Below, piece by piece: positions 42,843-51,855 of a stretch of DNA of 64,000 bases. Source of the DNA: an uncultured bacterium (lineage in GTDB: Bacteria; Zixibacteria; MSB-5A5; JAABVY01; JAHJOQ01); contig CBDUQR010000001.1 in NCBI GenBank assembly GCA_965369655.1, positions 220,217-284,216 of the forward strand, written 5' to 3'. Below the pieces are notes generated by a model, which saw nothing but the letters and a program-made list of their open reading frames with translations, did not search any database and was not told where the DNA came from. Position 1 is the stretch's first letter, and each line of letters opens with the position of its first letter. A program made the translations under genes and the position numbers.

Positions 42843-43604
42843 ATGTCGAAAGTGGTGGCAATTGCCAACCAGAAAGGCGGAGTCGGAAAGACGACTACTG
42901 CGATCAATCTATCCGCCTGCTTAGCTGTCGCCGAAAAAAAAGTCCTCATTGTCGATTTCGATCCCCAGGCAAATACCACCAGTGGGATGGGAATTGACAG
43001 ACAGTTATTAGAGAAATCGGTATATGATGTTGTTATCAACGGTGTGGATATTGCAAGTGTGACTATCCCGACCGAGCTCGATCACCTGAAGCTTGTGCCT
43101 TCGACGATCAATCTGGTCGGCGCGGAGGTGGAGCTTGTAGAAATGTATTCGAGAGAGAGCAAGCTCAGAGATGCGATCGCCCCTGTTCGAGAGGAATATG
43201 ACTATATCATTATTGACAGTCCGCCCTCTCTGAGTCTTTTGACTCTGAATGCGCTTGTGGCGTCGGACAGGGTCCTGATACCGATACAGTGCGAGTACTA
43301 CGCACTCGAAGGGCTTGGGCAACTCATGCAGACGATCGATCTCATCAAGGGCAACCTGAATCCCGGGCTCGATATCGAGGGGATTCTCCTGACAATGCAC
43401 GATTCACGGCTGAGGCTGTCTCAGCAGGTCGAGCAGGAAGCTCGTAAGTACTTTAACGGCAAGGTATTCAATACGGTAATAAGTCGAAATGTCCGGCTGT
43501 CGGAAGCGCCTTCGTTTGGAAAGCCGATCGTGTTTTACGACGCACTGAGCAAGGGCGCTCAGAACTATCTGCAGTTGGCGGAGGAGTTTTTAAGTCATGG
43601 CTAA
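42843..43604 (+). CDS. parA: Chromosome partitioning ATPase (Soj)
   Basis: NQKGGVGKTT, DPQAN, QCEYYALEG, EAPSFG. Confidence 0.96.
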   Translation: MSKVVAIANQKGGVGKTTTAINLSACLAVAEKKVLIVDFDPQANTTSGMGIDRQLLEKSVYDVVINGVDIASVTIPTELDHLKLVPSTINLVGAEVELVEMYSRESKLRDAIAPVREEYDYIIIDSPPSLSLLTLNALVASDRVLIPIQCEYYALEGLGQLMQTIDLIKGNLNPGLDIEGILLTMHDSRLRLSQQVEQEARKYFNGKVFNTVISRNVRLSEAPSFGKPIVFYDALSKGAQNYLQLAEEFLSHG

Positions 43605-44478
43605 ATTAGCTTTGGGAAAAGGACTCGATGCTCTCATACCGACGAGAAAAGCGGTGGAAGAGTCCTCGGGATTCATGATGCTGGACCTGAGCAGGATTGC
43701 AACCGCACGCACGCAGCCGAGAAAGAAATTCACCGATAAGGGCATCGATGAGTTGGCTGATTCGATCAGAGAAAACGGATTGCTTCAGCCGCTGCTGGTT
43801 CGCCGCGTGAATGGAAGCTATGAACTGATTGCGGGTGAGCGCAGGCTCAGAGCCGCTCAAGTTGTTGGCATAGCGCAAGTTCCCGTGATTGTAAAACAGG
43901 ACCTTACGGATCAGGACTCGTTCCAACTCGCCCTGATAGAGAACATCCAGAGAGAGGACCTGACACCGATCGAAGAAGCTGAAGCGTACAGGCGACTGCT
44001 CGAACAGGGTGGCATGACTAAGGATCAATTGGCGTCACAACTCGGCAAAGACCGATCCACAATATCAAACAGCTTGCGACTCCTGTCGCTGCCGGACGAG
44101 ATCAAGGAAATGATTAGCGATGGTTCAGTCTCTGCCGGCCACGCGAGGGCGATACTTGCGCTCGATAATGAAGCGGAGCAGATCGATGTTGCTCGACGGA
44201 TTTTCGAGTCGGAGCTGTCAGTGCGGGCGTTGGAGGAAATAGTATATGGCAAACCGCGCAAGAAACGTGGTCGCAGCCTGAAGTTGAAGCGTCCACCGGC
44301 GGAGATATACGAGGCCGAGACCAGCCTGAAGCAGCATCTAAAGACGGCAGTTCGTGTCAAGAGAAGTCTCAAGGGTGGACGGATTGAGATCGATTTCTAT
44401 TCTCAGGATGATCTTTCTCGCCTGGTCGATTTGATTCTGCGTCATGACGGGAGCATGCCACGAAATACGTCACACTGA
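43597..44478 (+). CDS. parB: Chromosome partitioning protein (Spo0J)
   Basis: LGKGLDAL, GERRLRA, ENIQREDL, HTH, GHARA. Confidence 0.96.
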   Translation: MAKLALGKGLDALIPTRKAVEESSGFMMLDLSRIATARTQPRKKFTDKGIDELADSIRENGLLQPLLVRRVNGSYELIAGERRLRAAQVVGIAQVPVIVKQDLTDQDSFQLALIENIQREDLTPIEEAEAYRRLLEQGGMTKDQLASQLGKDRSTISNSLRLLSLPDEIKEMISDGSVSAGHARAILALDNEAEQIDVARRIFESELSVRALEEIVYGKPRKKRGRSLKLKRPPAEIYEAETSLKQHLKTAVRVKRSLKGGRIEIDFYSQDDLSRLVDLILRHDGSMPRNTSH

Positions 44479-45278
44479 TGCTGATAAGTGAGACGGCGGC
44501 GGAGCCGAAGTCAATACGGATTCCCTCATGGACACTACGCGCAATTGCTGTCGTGCTCGTTGCAATCGTCATTCTCGGAGCGATGGTAGCTCTGAGCTAT
44601 TTACAGCTCTTCGACAAAGCTTCGCTCGCAGAGGATCTCCAGAGCGAGAATGAGATTCTCCGAAACTATACGGGACGAGTTCATCAACTCGAGACAGATC
44701 TTAAAACTAACAGGCTCCTGCTGAATCGCATGATGGAACTCGCTGGCATTCTAAACGACGACGACACATCCGGAGGATTGCTGTCGGAAGCACGGGATGC
44801 CACTGTGGGGGCAGGACATGTCGGAGCAAGTCCCGCGTGGGAGCATTCTCATCGAGTGGACGATACAATCCCTCGCACCACGCCCTATGGGTTGCCGATG
44901 CTGGGCACATTGTCGAGGGGATTTGCCCCGGATGAGTCTCTTGGCGCCAGAAGGCATTTCGGTATCGACATTGCCGCGAAGGAAGGCACACCTGTGTTCG
45001 CCACCGCTGACGGAACCGTGGAATTCGCAGGCTGGGATGAGACTTTTGGGTACTACCTGATTGTCGACCACCTGGAAGGATTCAAGACTCACTTCGGGCA
45101 CAACAGGGCGCTGCTCGTGGCGATCGGAGAGACAGTCAAGAGAGGCGAATTGATAGCTTTGTCGGGGAACACCGGGCGCAGCACCGCCCCTCACTTGCAC
45201 TATGAAATCAGGCTCATGGGAGAACCTGTTGATCCCGACGAATACATGGAAACAAGTAAACTGGAACAGATGGAGTGA
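44478..45278 (+). CDS. M23-family peptidase, membrane-anchored with coiled coil
   Basis: HFGID, GH, STAPHLHYE. Confidence 0.9.
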   Translation: MLISETAAEPKSIRIPSWTLRAIAVVLVAIVILGAMVALSYLQLFDKASLAEDLQSENEILRNYTGRVHQLETDLKTNRLLLNRMMELAGILNDDDTSGGLLSEARDATVGAGHVGASPAWEHSHRVDDTIPRTTPYGLPMLGTLSRGFAPDESLGARRHFGIDIAAKEGTPVFATADGTVEFAGWDETFGYYLIVDHLEGFKTHFGHNRALLVAIGETVKRGELIALSGNTGRSTAPHLHYEIRLMGEPVDPDEYMETSKLEQME

Positions 45279-45646
45279 AGATGGCTGAAAACACAAGCAC
45301 CGTTCTCGGAAAAGACTCATCGCTGACCGGCACTATCGAAGTGACCGGATCACTGAGGATCGACGGCTTAGTCAAGGGAGAGGTTGTCTCGAAGGAGACT
45401 GTCGTCATTGGACCAACCGGAAAAGTGGAAGGTGATGTCAGGTCCAAACAGGTGGTTATCTCCGGCCAGGTGCTCGGCAATGTTGTAGCTGATGACAAAG
45501 TAGAACTGCAGGCGAAGTCTCTGCTACAGGGCGATCTCCGTACGAAAGGGTTGGTTATTGAGCAGGGAGCAGTCTTTCAGGGAGCATGCCGCATGAAAGA
45601 AGATGTTGTGGTCCCGAAAAAGGAGCTTCAGACAGTAAAGGCATAA
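45275..45646 (+). CDS. Bactofilin (polymer-forming cytoskeletal protein)
   Basis: G.LRIDG.VKG.V..VVIG..G.VEGD..GA.FQG.C.M pattern. Confidence 0.9.
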   Translation: MKMAENTSTVLGKDSSLTGTIEVTGSLRIDGLVKGEVVSKETVVIGPTGKVEGDVRSKQVVISGQVLGNVVADDKVELQAKSLLQGDLRTKGLVIEQGAVFQGACRMKEDVVVPKKELQTVKA

Positions 45647-45790
45647 TGTGGAGAATCTACGACGATTTGTGGATAAGCTCACAACATAGTGCGGTGCTAC
45701 GTCTTAAGTTGCTGCCTTAAGAAATTCATTTAATGGTTATCCACAACATCTTGTCAGTTTGTGCTATAGAATAGTTCAGAATGTCCGTCT
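45647..45790. other. DnaA-box cluster, candidate oriC or DnaA-regulatory locus
   Basis: TGTGGAGAA 45647 (one mismatch), TGTGGATAA 45668 and TTATCCACA 45737, in an AT-rich intergenic region near parS/parAB. Confidence 0.55.
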
Positions 45791-45818
45791 ATAAGTTATA
45801 GACGAGAGGACTGATTTC

Positions 45819-46484
45819 ATGATTAGTATTCTGGCTGTTCTTGCCGCGTTTCTTTTCGTAGTTGGATTGGCGCTTGTTTCCTGGATTCTTGTCTCTGTCG
45901 TGGCGAATATCAGGCGAAGAGGAGTGGTAACTCATCGGCAGGGCAGGGCAATCTGGCGAGTAGTTATACCTGTATCAGGCATTCTGCTAATAGCGCTGTC
46001 TCAACTCCTCTTCTGGATGAACTCCGGCTTAAAGGCGTATTCAATTGCTGAATTCGCGCTTCCGCTGGGCACCATAAGTTTCCACGAGTCGGGTCAATCC
46101 GACAGGATTATGACTGTTACATCTCGATCCATCTCTTCAGACAGAATGATGCCAGTCGAAATCCTGATGCGATCTGATGCGGCTGTGCTTGAGGTAGAGA
46201 CTATCCGATTCGCTGCTCCATTCGGGATTTTCGGCTTGACCGAGTACTGCCGGATATCGACAGTCATAATGATAGACAGCAGGAATCGATCTCCGGAGCC
46301 GTTGTACGAGAGAAAGTTCCAGCCTGAGTCCGAATCAGTCTGGATAATGTTAGATGAGATTGGGCGATTCTTCTCAATCGTGGAGACTTCAAAATACCTT
46401 TCAGAGCCGGTTTTTTTCGAAGATGGCGCTGAGATCCAAGTGTTCAGTGAAAAGTCTCGGATACTACTCGCCGACAATCAGTAG
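45819..46484 (+). CDS. Hypothetical membrane protein
   Basis: Two N-terminal TM segments and a GAGG RBS. Confidence 0.6.
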   Translation: MISILAVLAAFLFVVGLALVSWILVSVVANIRRRGVVTHRQGRAIWRVVIPVSGILLIALSQLLFWMNSGLKAYSIAEFALPLGTISFHESGQSDRIMTVTSRSISSDRMMPVEILMRSDAAVLEVETIRFAAPFGIFGLTEYCRISTVIMIDSRNRSPEPLYERKFQPESESVWIMLDEIGRFFSIVETSKYLSEPVFFEDGAEIQVFSEKSRILLADNQ

Positions 46485-46601
46485 ATCCGGATATTCCCAG
46501 GCATCAGCCTATGGTCTCCCCTGCCCCACACCATTCGAGCGCTTTATGATGTAACTTCTTTTTGTCGCTCCCAATTCTGGTCCATTCGAGTTGATGAGCA
46601 G

Positions 46602-46628
46602 TCAATAAATAGTCCTGATTACCGATAT
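46602..46628 (+). promoter_or_regulatory. Sigma28-type promoter for the HEAT/HD-GYP operon
   Basis: TCAA-N15-ACCGATAT. Confidence 0.5.
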
Positions 46629-46678
46629 ACGCATATATATGGAACACAGCATGTTTTGACGGTTAATTGGCGGGGCCA

Positions 46679-48412
46679 ATGCATACGGAAATCGACCGAT
46701 ATCTCCAGACTGGCGTCTCTGAATTTCTGACGGCTCTCAGCCGTAGTCTAAAGACATCTGTCCTGTATCCACCAAACAGTGCCGTACCGAAAGAGCTAAG
46801 GCGATTGTGCTGGGAACGATTGGACGGACTGCTCGGTGACATCAAATCTCTCGACCTCGAGATCGACAGCGAGAGTATTCTGTTCGAGGGTGAATCGGCG
46901 CTCACAGGCGATGGTATAGGTAGCAACCTTGCCCGCATCATGCACAGGGATGGGCTTCGATATCTTAGATTTCGCAGTGGATTGCCGCATAGAGAATTCG
47001 ATGACTTCTTTCAGGCTCTCCTGGTTGCCTTTGTCGATAGAAACGGAAACGAGGATGTCGTCAACCTTCTGTGGGAAACTGACCTCGATTACATTGAATA
47101 CCACGCAGTCGACAACTTCGTAGTCTCTTCTGAACTGGTACAGAGTCAGGCAGAGACACGCAGCAATCTACTCGACTATGCCTCCGTCATCAAGGCGGAA
47201 CAATCCGCTGCCGATGCCGCTGAACAAGCCGAGAGTCAGGATGACTACTCTGGCGACAATTCGCTTGACGGACTATCTCAGCGGCTCGGTTCCTCGACCA
47301 ACCTTCTCCAGAACGTACAGCAATTCAATGACAAAGAGAAAAAGGATATCTGGCATCTTCTCGAGAAAGATAAAGAGGTGGCAACAGAGTTTTGCGCTGT
47401 AGACCTGCTGTTTGACATTGCGTTAGCCGAGAAGGACTACGCGCAATTTGCGGAAACGTGCGACACGCTCGATAACCTTTTCAGCCATCTGCTTAGAGTG
47501 GAGAACTTTCCTCTTCTCGTATATGTGATCCGCAAGTTCAGATTGACGAGCGATAGCATCGCCAAGGAGTCACGGCAGCGAGCCGAACGAACGCGCGAAA
47601 GCTACCAACGAAGTGGAGACAGAATCAGGATTTCGAACATGACCGAAATCCTCAATAGATCGGAAGATCAGGACGTCGATCCGATCCGATCGTATCTGGA
47701 GGAACTGGACTGGAGCGCCCTGCCCCAGTTGGTTTGGATGTTGGGCGAACTGGATCACTTTCCGGCAAGGTGGATGATCTGCGATCTTCTCGTGCAGAAA
47801 GGGTCGAGCAAGCCGGATATAATAACGCCAGCCATCTACGATTCAAGATGGTATGTTGCCCGGAATGGAGCGATGATACTGGGAAGGATCGGATCAGAGA
47901 AATGCATCCCGCCCCTGTGTAAAGCCATGGTACACGAAGATGAGCGTGTGAGATGGGAGGCTGTATCGGCACTCGTCCGCATTGAATCTAATGACGCGCT
48001 CAGAGCTCTGGAGCAGACTATGAATGATTCTTCGGAGCGAATAAGGCTTGCAACCCTCAAGAGATTCAGCGAGAAGAAATGGGAACCGGCGTTCGACGCT
48101 ATCAATTCCATTCTCGAAGACAACGATATCGAATCGTTTCCTGTGGTCGAACTGAGAGAACTCCTGAGAACATATTCGGTGCTTGGTGGAACCCGCGCGA
48201 TCAGATTCCTGAAGAAAACGGCGACAGCCTGGCATCTGTTTGGTGGCAATTCGGTACGCCGAGTGAAAGAACTCGCTGTTCAGGCGCTGGCGTTGCAGGA
48301 GACCGAAGAAGCAAATCGACTGCTGAACAAATGGGCCGAAGGCTCGAAATCGGGTCTGTCGGAGTGGGCACGGGTGGCATTGAAAAGACAGTCAAAGGCT
48401 GCGAGCGCTTAG
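46679..48412 (+). CDS. HEAT-repeat protein
   Basis: DSRWYVARNGAMILGRIG, HEDERVRWEAVSAL, DSSERIRLA repeats. Confidence 0.8.
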   Translation: MHTEIDRYLQTGVSEFLTALSRSLKTSVLYPPNSAVPKELRRLCWERLDGLLGDIKSLDLEIDSESILFEGESALTGDGIGSNLARIMHRDGLRYLRFRSGLPHREFDDFFQALLVAFVDRNGNEDVVNLLWETDLDYIEYHAVDNFVVSSELVQSQAETRSNLLDYASVIKAEQSAADAAEQAESQDDYSGDNSLDGLSQRLGSSTNLLQNVQQFNDKEKKDIWHLLEKDKEVATEFCAVDLLFDIALAEKDYAQFAETCDTLDNLFSHLLRVENFPLLVYVIRKFRLTSDSIAKESRQRAERTRESYQRSGDRIRISNMTEILNRSEDQDVDPIRSYLEELDWSALPQLVWMLGELDHFPARWMICDLLVQKGSSKPDIITPAIYDSRWYVARNGAMILGRIGSEKCIPPLCKAMVHEDERVRWEAVSALVRIESNDALRALEQTMNDSSERIRLATLKRFSEKKWEPAFDAINSILEDNDIESFPVVELRELLRTYSVLGGTRAIRFLKKTATAWHLFGGNSVRRVKELAVQALALQETEEANRLLNKWAEGSKSGLSEWARVALKRQSKAASA

Positions 48413-48422
48413 GAGGGAATTG

Positions 48423-49898
48423 ATGGTCGAGGTACAGACGACCAAAACAACCCCGGCAAGAACCCAGACGGGAGGAATTCAGGAGCAGCAGCTTGGCAAG
48501 AAGCTTGCCAGCCAGTTGTATGTGATGCTACGGACATGTAGCCTCTACGATTTTGACAATGACAGCTTTAGAAGCCGGTTTGCAGCCTTCCGCGAAGAAC
48601 TCAACAGGGCATTTAGATTGATCGATACTGCCGACATTCGCAGTGTCGACGGATATCTTTTCTTCGGAGAGGAACGATTGAGGATCGACCTCGATGGTTA
48701 CCTGGCGGCAAGATACCTGCAGGAGCTCTTTGATCAACTCGACGCCTCCGGATTCGAGTTTGTTCGAGGCATTACAGATGAGACTCTCCTGGATTTCTTC
48801 AAGATTATGTCCCGATACTCACAGAGGGATGACGCCGGGCATCAGCAGGAAATGCGGGAACTGCTCGGCAGCGGCAAGCTGCCCGGCTTCTCGCTTGTGC
48901 CTGTCACAACACTGCAGTCATCACTTGAAAATCCGAAGAGTATCAAAGAGAAGAAATCCCTGGCGAAGCAGTGTTTCTTCGGAGCGATCAATAAGGTGGG
49001 AGATATGGTCTCTCACGCAGCGGCAAACAGACCGATGCCGGTCTCGAAGGTTAAGAGGACAGTACATACTTTGGTCGATCAGCTTCTGTCCGACGAGACA
49101 TACCTGATGGAACTGACCGCGCTGAAAGATTTCGATGACTACACATTTGTTCACAGTGTAAATGTAAGCATCTACGCCATAGCTATGGGGTTGAGGATCG
49201 GGCTGCCGAGGCCGCAGCTTGCAGAACTTGGCTTTGCGGCTATTTTCCATGACATTGGCAAAACGAGAATACCGAGGGATCTGCTTAACAAACCGGGGAG
49301 ACTCGACAGCTCGGACTGGGAACAGTTGCATGAGCATCCGATCCACGGAGTGAAACTTATCGGCAACTCGATGGCGCTTGATACCTATTCTGCGCGAGCT
49401 ATGCTGGTTGCGTTCGAGCACCACAAGAATCTGGATGGCAGCGGATACCCATATATAGATCGAACGTGTGAACTTAATCTCTACTCACGCATAGTAGCAA
49501 TATGTGACTTCTTCGATGCCATCACATCGAGGCGCAGATACAAGAGTGAAGACGTTGGAATGGAGACTGCATTCTCGGAAATGATGAAGCTGTCGGCATC
49601 CAAGTTCGATCCGCTGTTGGTAAAGGTCTTTCTGAACCTGATAGGATTTTACCCTGCCGGAACTCTGCTCCTGCTCGACACAGGCGAACTGGCGATTGTC
49701 ATTTCCACCAACCCGGAACAGATCGCAAGGCCGAGAGTCAGGATCATTGCGAATACATCTGGGTTGCTTGACCAATCTTTTGTTGTCGAACTTGTTGACC
49801 GCTCAGAAGAGCATGACTTCAAACGAAATGTGCTGCGAAGTGTCAATCCGGAGAAATACAGCATTCACATTGCGGATTTCATTCTCGCAGAAGAATAG
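48423..49898 (+). CDS. HD-GYP domain protein (c-di-GMP phosphodiesterase-like)
   Basis: YTFVHSVNV, FHDIGK, HP, EHHKNLDGSGYP, CDFFDA. Confidence 0.88.
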   Translation: MVEVQTTKTTPARTQTGGIQEQQLGKKLASQLYVMLRTCSLYDFDNDSFRSRFAAFREELNRAFRLIDTADIRSVDGYLFFGEERLRIDLDGYLAARYLQELFDQLDASGFEFVRGITDETLLDFFKIMSRYSQRDDAGHQQEMRELLGSGKLPGFSLVPVTTLQSSLENPKSIKEKKSLAKQCFFGAINKVGDMVSHAAANRPMPVSKVKRTVHTLVDQLLSDETYLMELTALKDFDDYTFVHSVNVSIYAIAMGLRIGLPRPQLAELGFAAIFHDIGKTRIPRDLLNKPGRLDSSDWEQLHEHPIHGVKLIGNSMALDTYSARAMLVAFEHHKNLDGSGYPYIDRTCELNLYSRIVAICDFFDAITSRRRYKSEDVGMETAFSEMMKLSASKFDPLLVKVFLNLIGFYPAGTLLLLDTGELAIVISTNPEQIARPRVRIIANTSGLLDQSFVVELVDRSEEHDFKRNVLRSVNPEKYSIHIADFILAEE

Positions 49899-49902
49899 AA
49901 AT

Positions 49903-49928
49903 AGGGAGAGACGAATGCGCCTCTCCCT
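49903..49928. terminator. Stem-loop between convergent ORFs
   Basis: AGGGAGAG-n10-CTCTCCCT. Confidence 0.5.
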
Positions 49929-49952
49929 TACAACACACAAGCAACAGACCTA

Positions 49953-50105
49953 CTACCACTGAGTCGGAGGGAACCGCGTCCCCTCCGGTGGAACTGCCAG
50001 AACCGCTATGGGTACCGGCTGAGGAGGAAGAAAAACCAACGAAATTTTAGCGAGAAGCTCTCTTATCTGTCGGAGCAATATGTTCAAATCCACCGATCTC
50101 ATCAT
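49953..50105 (-). CDS. Putative 50-aa small protein (not in the ORF track)
   Basis: MMRSVDLNILLRQIRELLAKISLVFLPPQPVPIAVLAVPPEGTRFPPTQW*, with a GAAAGG RBS, tandem TAG stops and a downstream hairpin. Confidence 0.45.
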   Translation of the reverse strand: MMRSVDLNILLRQIRELLAKISLVFLPPQPVPIAVLAVPPEGTRFPPTQW

Positions 50106-50135
50106 AACGCCTTTCATATCTTATAAACCAGCCTG

Positions 50136-50149
50136 GCATAAGATGTTCC
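50136..50149 (-). promoter_or_regulatory. Possible sigma54 -24/-12 promoter
   Basis: Minus strand GGAACATCTTATGC (GG-N10-GC), about 30 nt upstream of the small ORF. Confidence 0.35.
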
Positions 50150-50215
50150 TGAATTGATGGCTCAGTCCGCTATGATGTCTTTTGTGTGAAGCTGCTCAGG
50201 CGGAAAGTTTCTTCC

Positions 50216-51760
50216 CTACCCATCGAGCGCCAGGAACGCTTCCGGCAGGTAAGCAATGATATCGGTCGGAATCAGCGAGGTCGTTCCGATCTCATCTGCG
50301 GCCAGATCGGCGGCATAACCGTGAAGATACGCAGCGAGGCAGGCAGCGTCGACAGGCTCGAGTCCCTGCGCCAGCAATGAACCGGCGATTCCGGAGAGTA
50401 CATCTCCTGTGCCTCCGGTAGCCATGCCCGGATTTCCCGTCGGGTTGAGGTAGAGCTGTCCGGATGGGTCAGCAATGAATGTCGGCGCGCCTTTCAGAAG
50501 CACGACACAGCCGAATTTTCGCGCAGAATTCATGGCATAATTCATTCTGTCGTTGGCGATTACATTTGTGTCAACCGACATGAGTCGGGACAGCTCGCCG
50601 GGATGAGGAGTCAGAATCAACGGAGCTTCCACAGATGCCAGATCGTCCGCATACCCCTCGAACGCATTCAGTCCATCGGCATCGAGCAATACAGGCAGTT
50701 TGACACTCTTCAAGAGGCGCCTGACGAGTTCTTTCGTTTCGTGGTGCGTTCCGAGTCCGGGACCAATGACACCGGCATTCATGCCGACGAACTCTTTGCG
50801 TACCTCTCCCAGTCCCCTGAGTGCAAGGCACTCTCGTTTCCTGACTTCCGGCAAAGGCCGTGTCATCACCTCGGTCAGTTTCATCTCGCATATTTGATTG
50901 AGACTCGATGGTATGCCAAGAAAACAGAGTCCCACGCCGGATCGGATCGCGCTCTCAGATGCCATACACGCTGCTCCGGTGTATCCTCGCGAACCTGCCA
51001 GGACGAAAAGCTTACCGCATGCTCCCTTGTGCGCGGTGGGAGCACGCTCCGGTAGCCGCGACATGACGAATGTTTCATCTATGAGATTGAGATTTATGCC
51101 TGCCTGCTCCACGATGTCTGACGGTATCCCGATGTCGATCACTTTCAGAGCACCAACATGCTCCCGACCGGGGAAGATAAACTGACCTGTCTTGGGAAGT
51201 GCGAGAGTCGCTGTAGCATCAGCCCAGATGCATGCTCCGGAGACCTCTCCGGTGTCGCAGTTGAGTCCGGATGGAGCATCTACCGCCAGAATCGGGATTC
51301 CACTCTTGTTCATCAGGGATACGGCAGAGGCTGCAATGCCTCGAATATCGCCCTTGAAGCCGGTTCCGAAAACAGCGTCCACAAGCATGTCCGCATCGAG
51401 ACGGTCGGACAGATCGGATTCGGATTGTATCTCGACAATTTCGAGGCTGAGATCGCGTGCCCGCTCGAAGTTGACTTTGGCGTCGCCCTTGAGATCAACG
51501 GTTCGACCGATCAGCATGAACGTAACACCCGCGCCCCAGCCGTGCAGGTATCGACCAATCACGAATCCATCGCCACCGTTATTTCCTTTCCCGCAGAATA
51601 TCAGGAAACGCTTCGATGAGACATCACCGCCCGTCAGTTCGCGCACGTATTCGGCAATGCCCTTTCCGGCGTTTTCCATGAGTTCGAGACCCGGGATGCC
51701 TCTGCCATCGATTGCCTCGCGATCAATAGCCTGCATCTGTTTTGCTGTAACGAGTATCAT
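50216..51760 (-). CDS. nnr: Bifunctional NAD(P)H-hydrate epimerase/dehydratase
   Basis: LMENAG, GKGNNGGDG, HKG..G, DADGL, TPHPGEL, MATGGTGDVL. Confidence 0.95.
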   Translation of the reverse strand: MILVTAKQMQAIDREAIDGRGIPGLELMENAGKGIAEYVRELTGGDVSSKRFLIFCGKGNNGGDGFVIGRYLHGWGAGVTFMLIGRTVDLKGDAKVNFERARDLSLEIVEIQSESDLSDRLDADMLVDAVFGTGFKGDIRGIAASAVSLMNKSGIPILAVDAPSGLNCDTGEVSGACIWADATATLALPKTGQFIFPGREHVGALKVIDIGIPSDIVEQAGINLNLIDETFVMSRLPERAPTAHKGACGKLFVLAGSRGYTGAACMASESAIRSGVGLCFLGIPSSLNQICEMKLTEVMTRPLPEVRKRECLALRGLGEVRKEFVGMNAGVIGPGLGTHHETKELVRRLLKSVKLPVLLDADGLNAFEGYADDLASVEAPLILTPHPGELSRLMSVDTNVIANDRMNYAMNSARKFGCVVLLKGAPTFIADPSGQLYLNPTGNPGMATGGTGDVLSGIAGSLLAQGLEPVDAACLAAYLHGYAADLAADEIGTTSLIPTDIIAYLPEAFLALDG

Positions 51761-51855
51761 GGCAACAAAACTAAGCATTTTTCAACCTGTCCGCAAACAG
51801 ATTTGCCGAGCATCGGCGAGTATCTGAGGATGTTTGAAACTGACAAGATGTCAGA

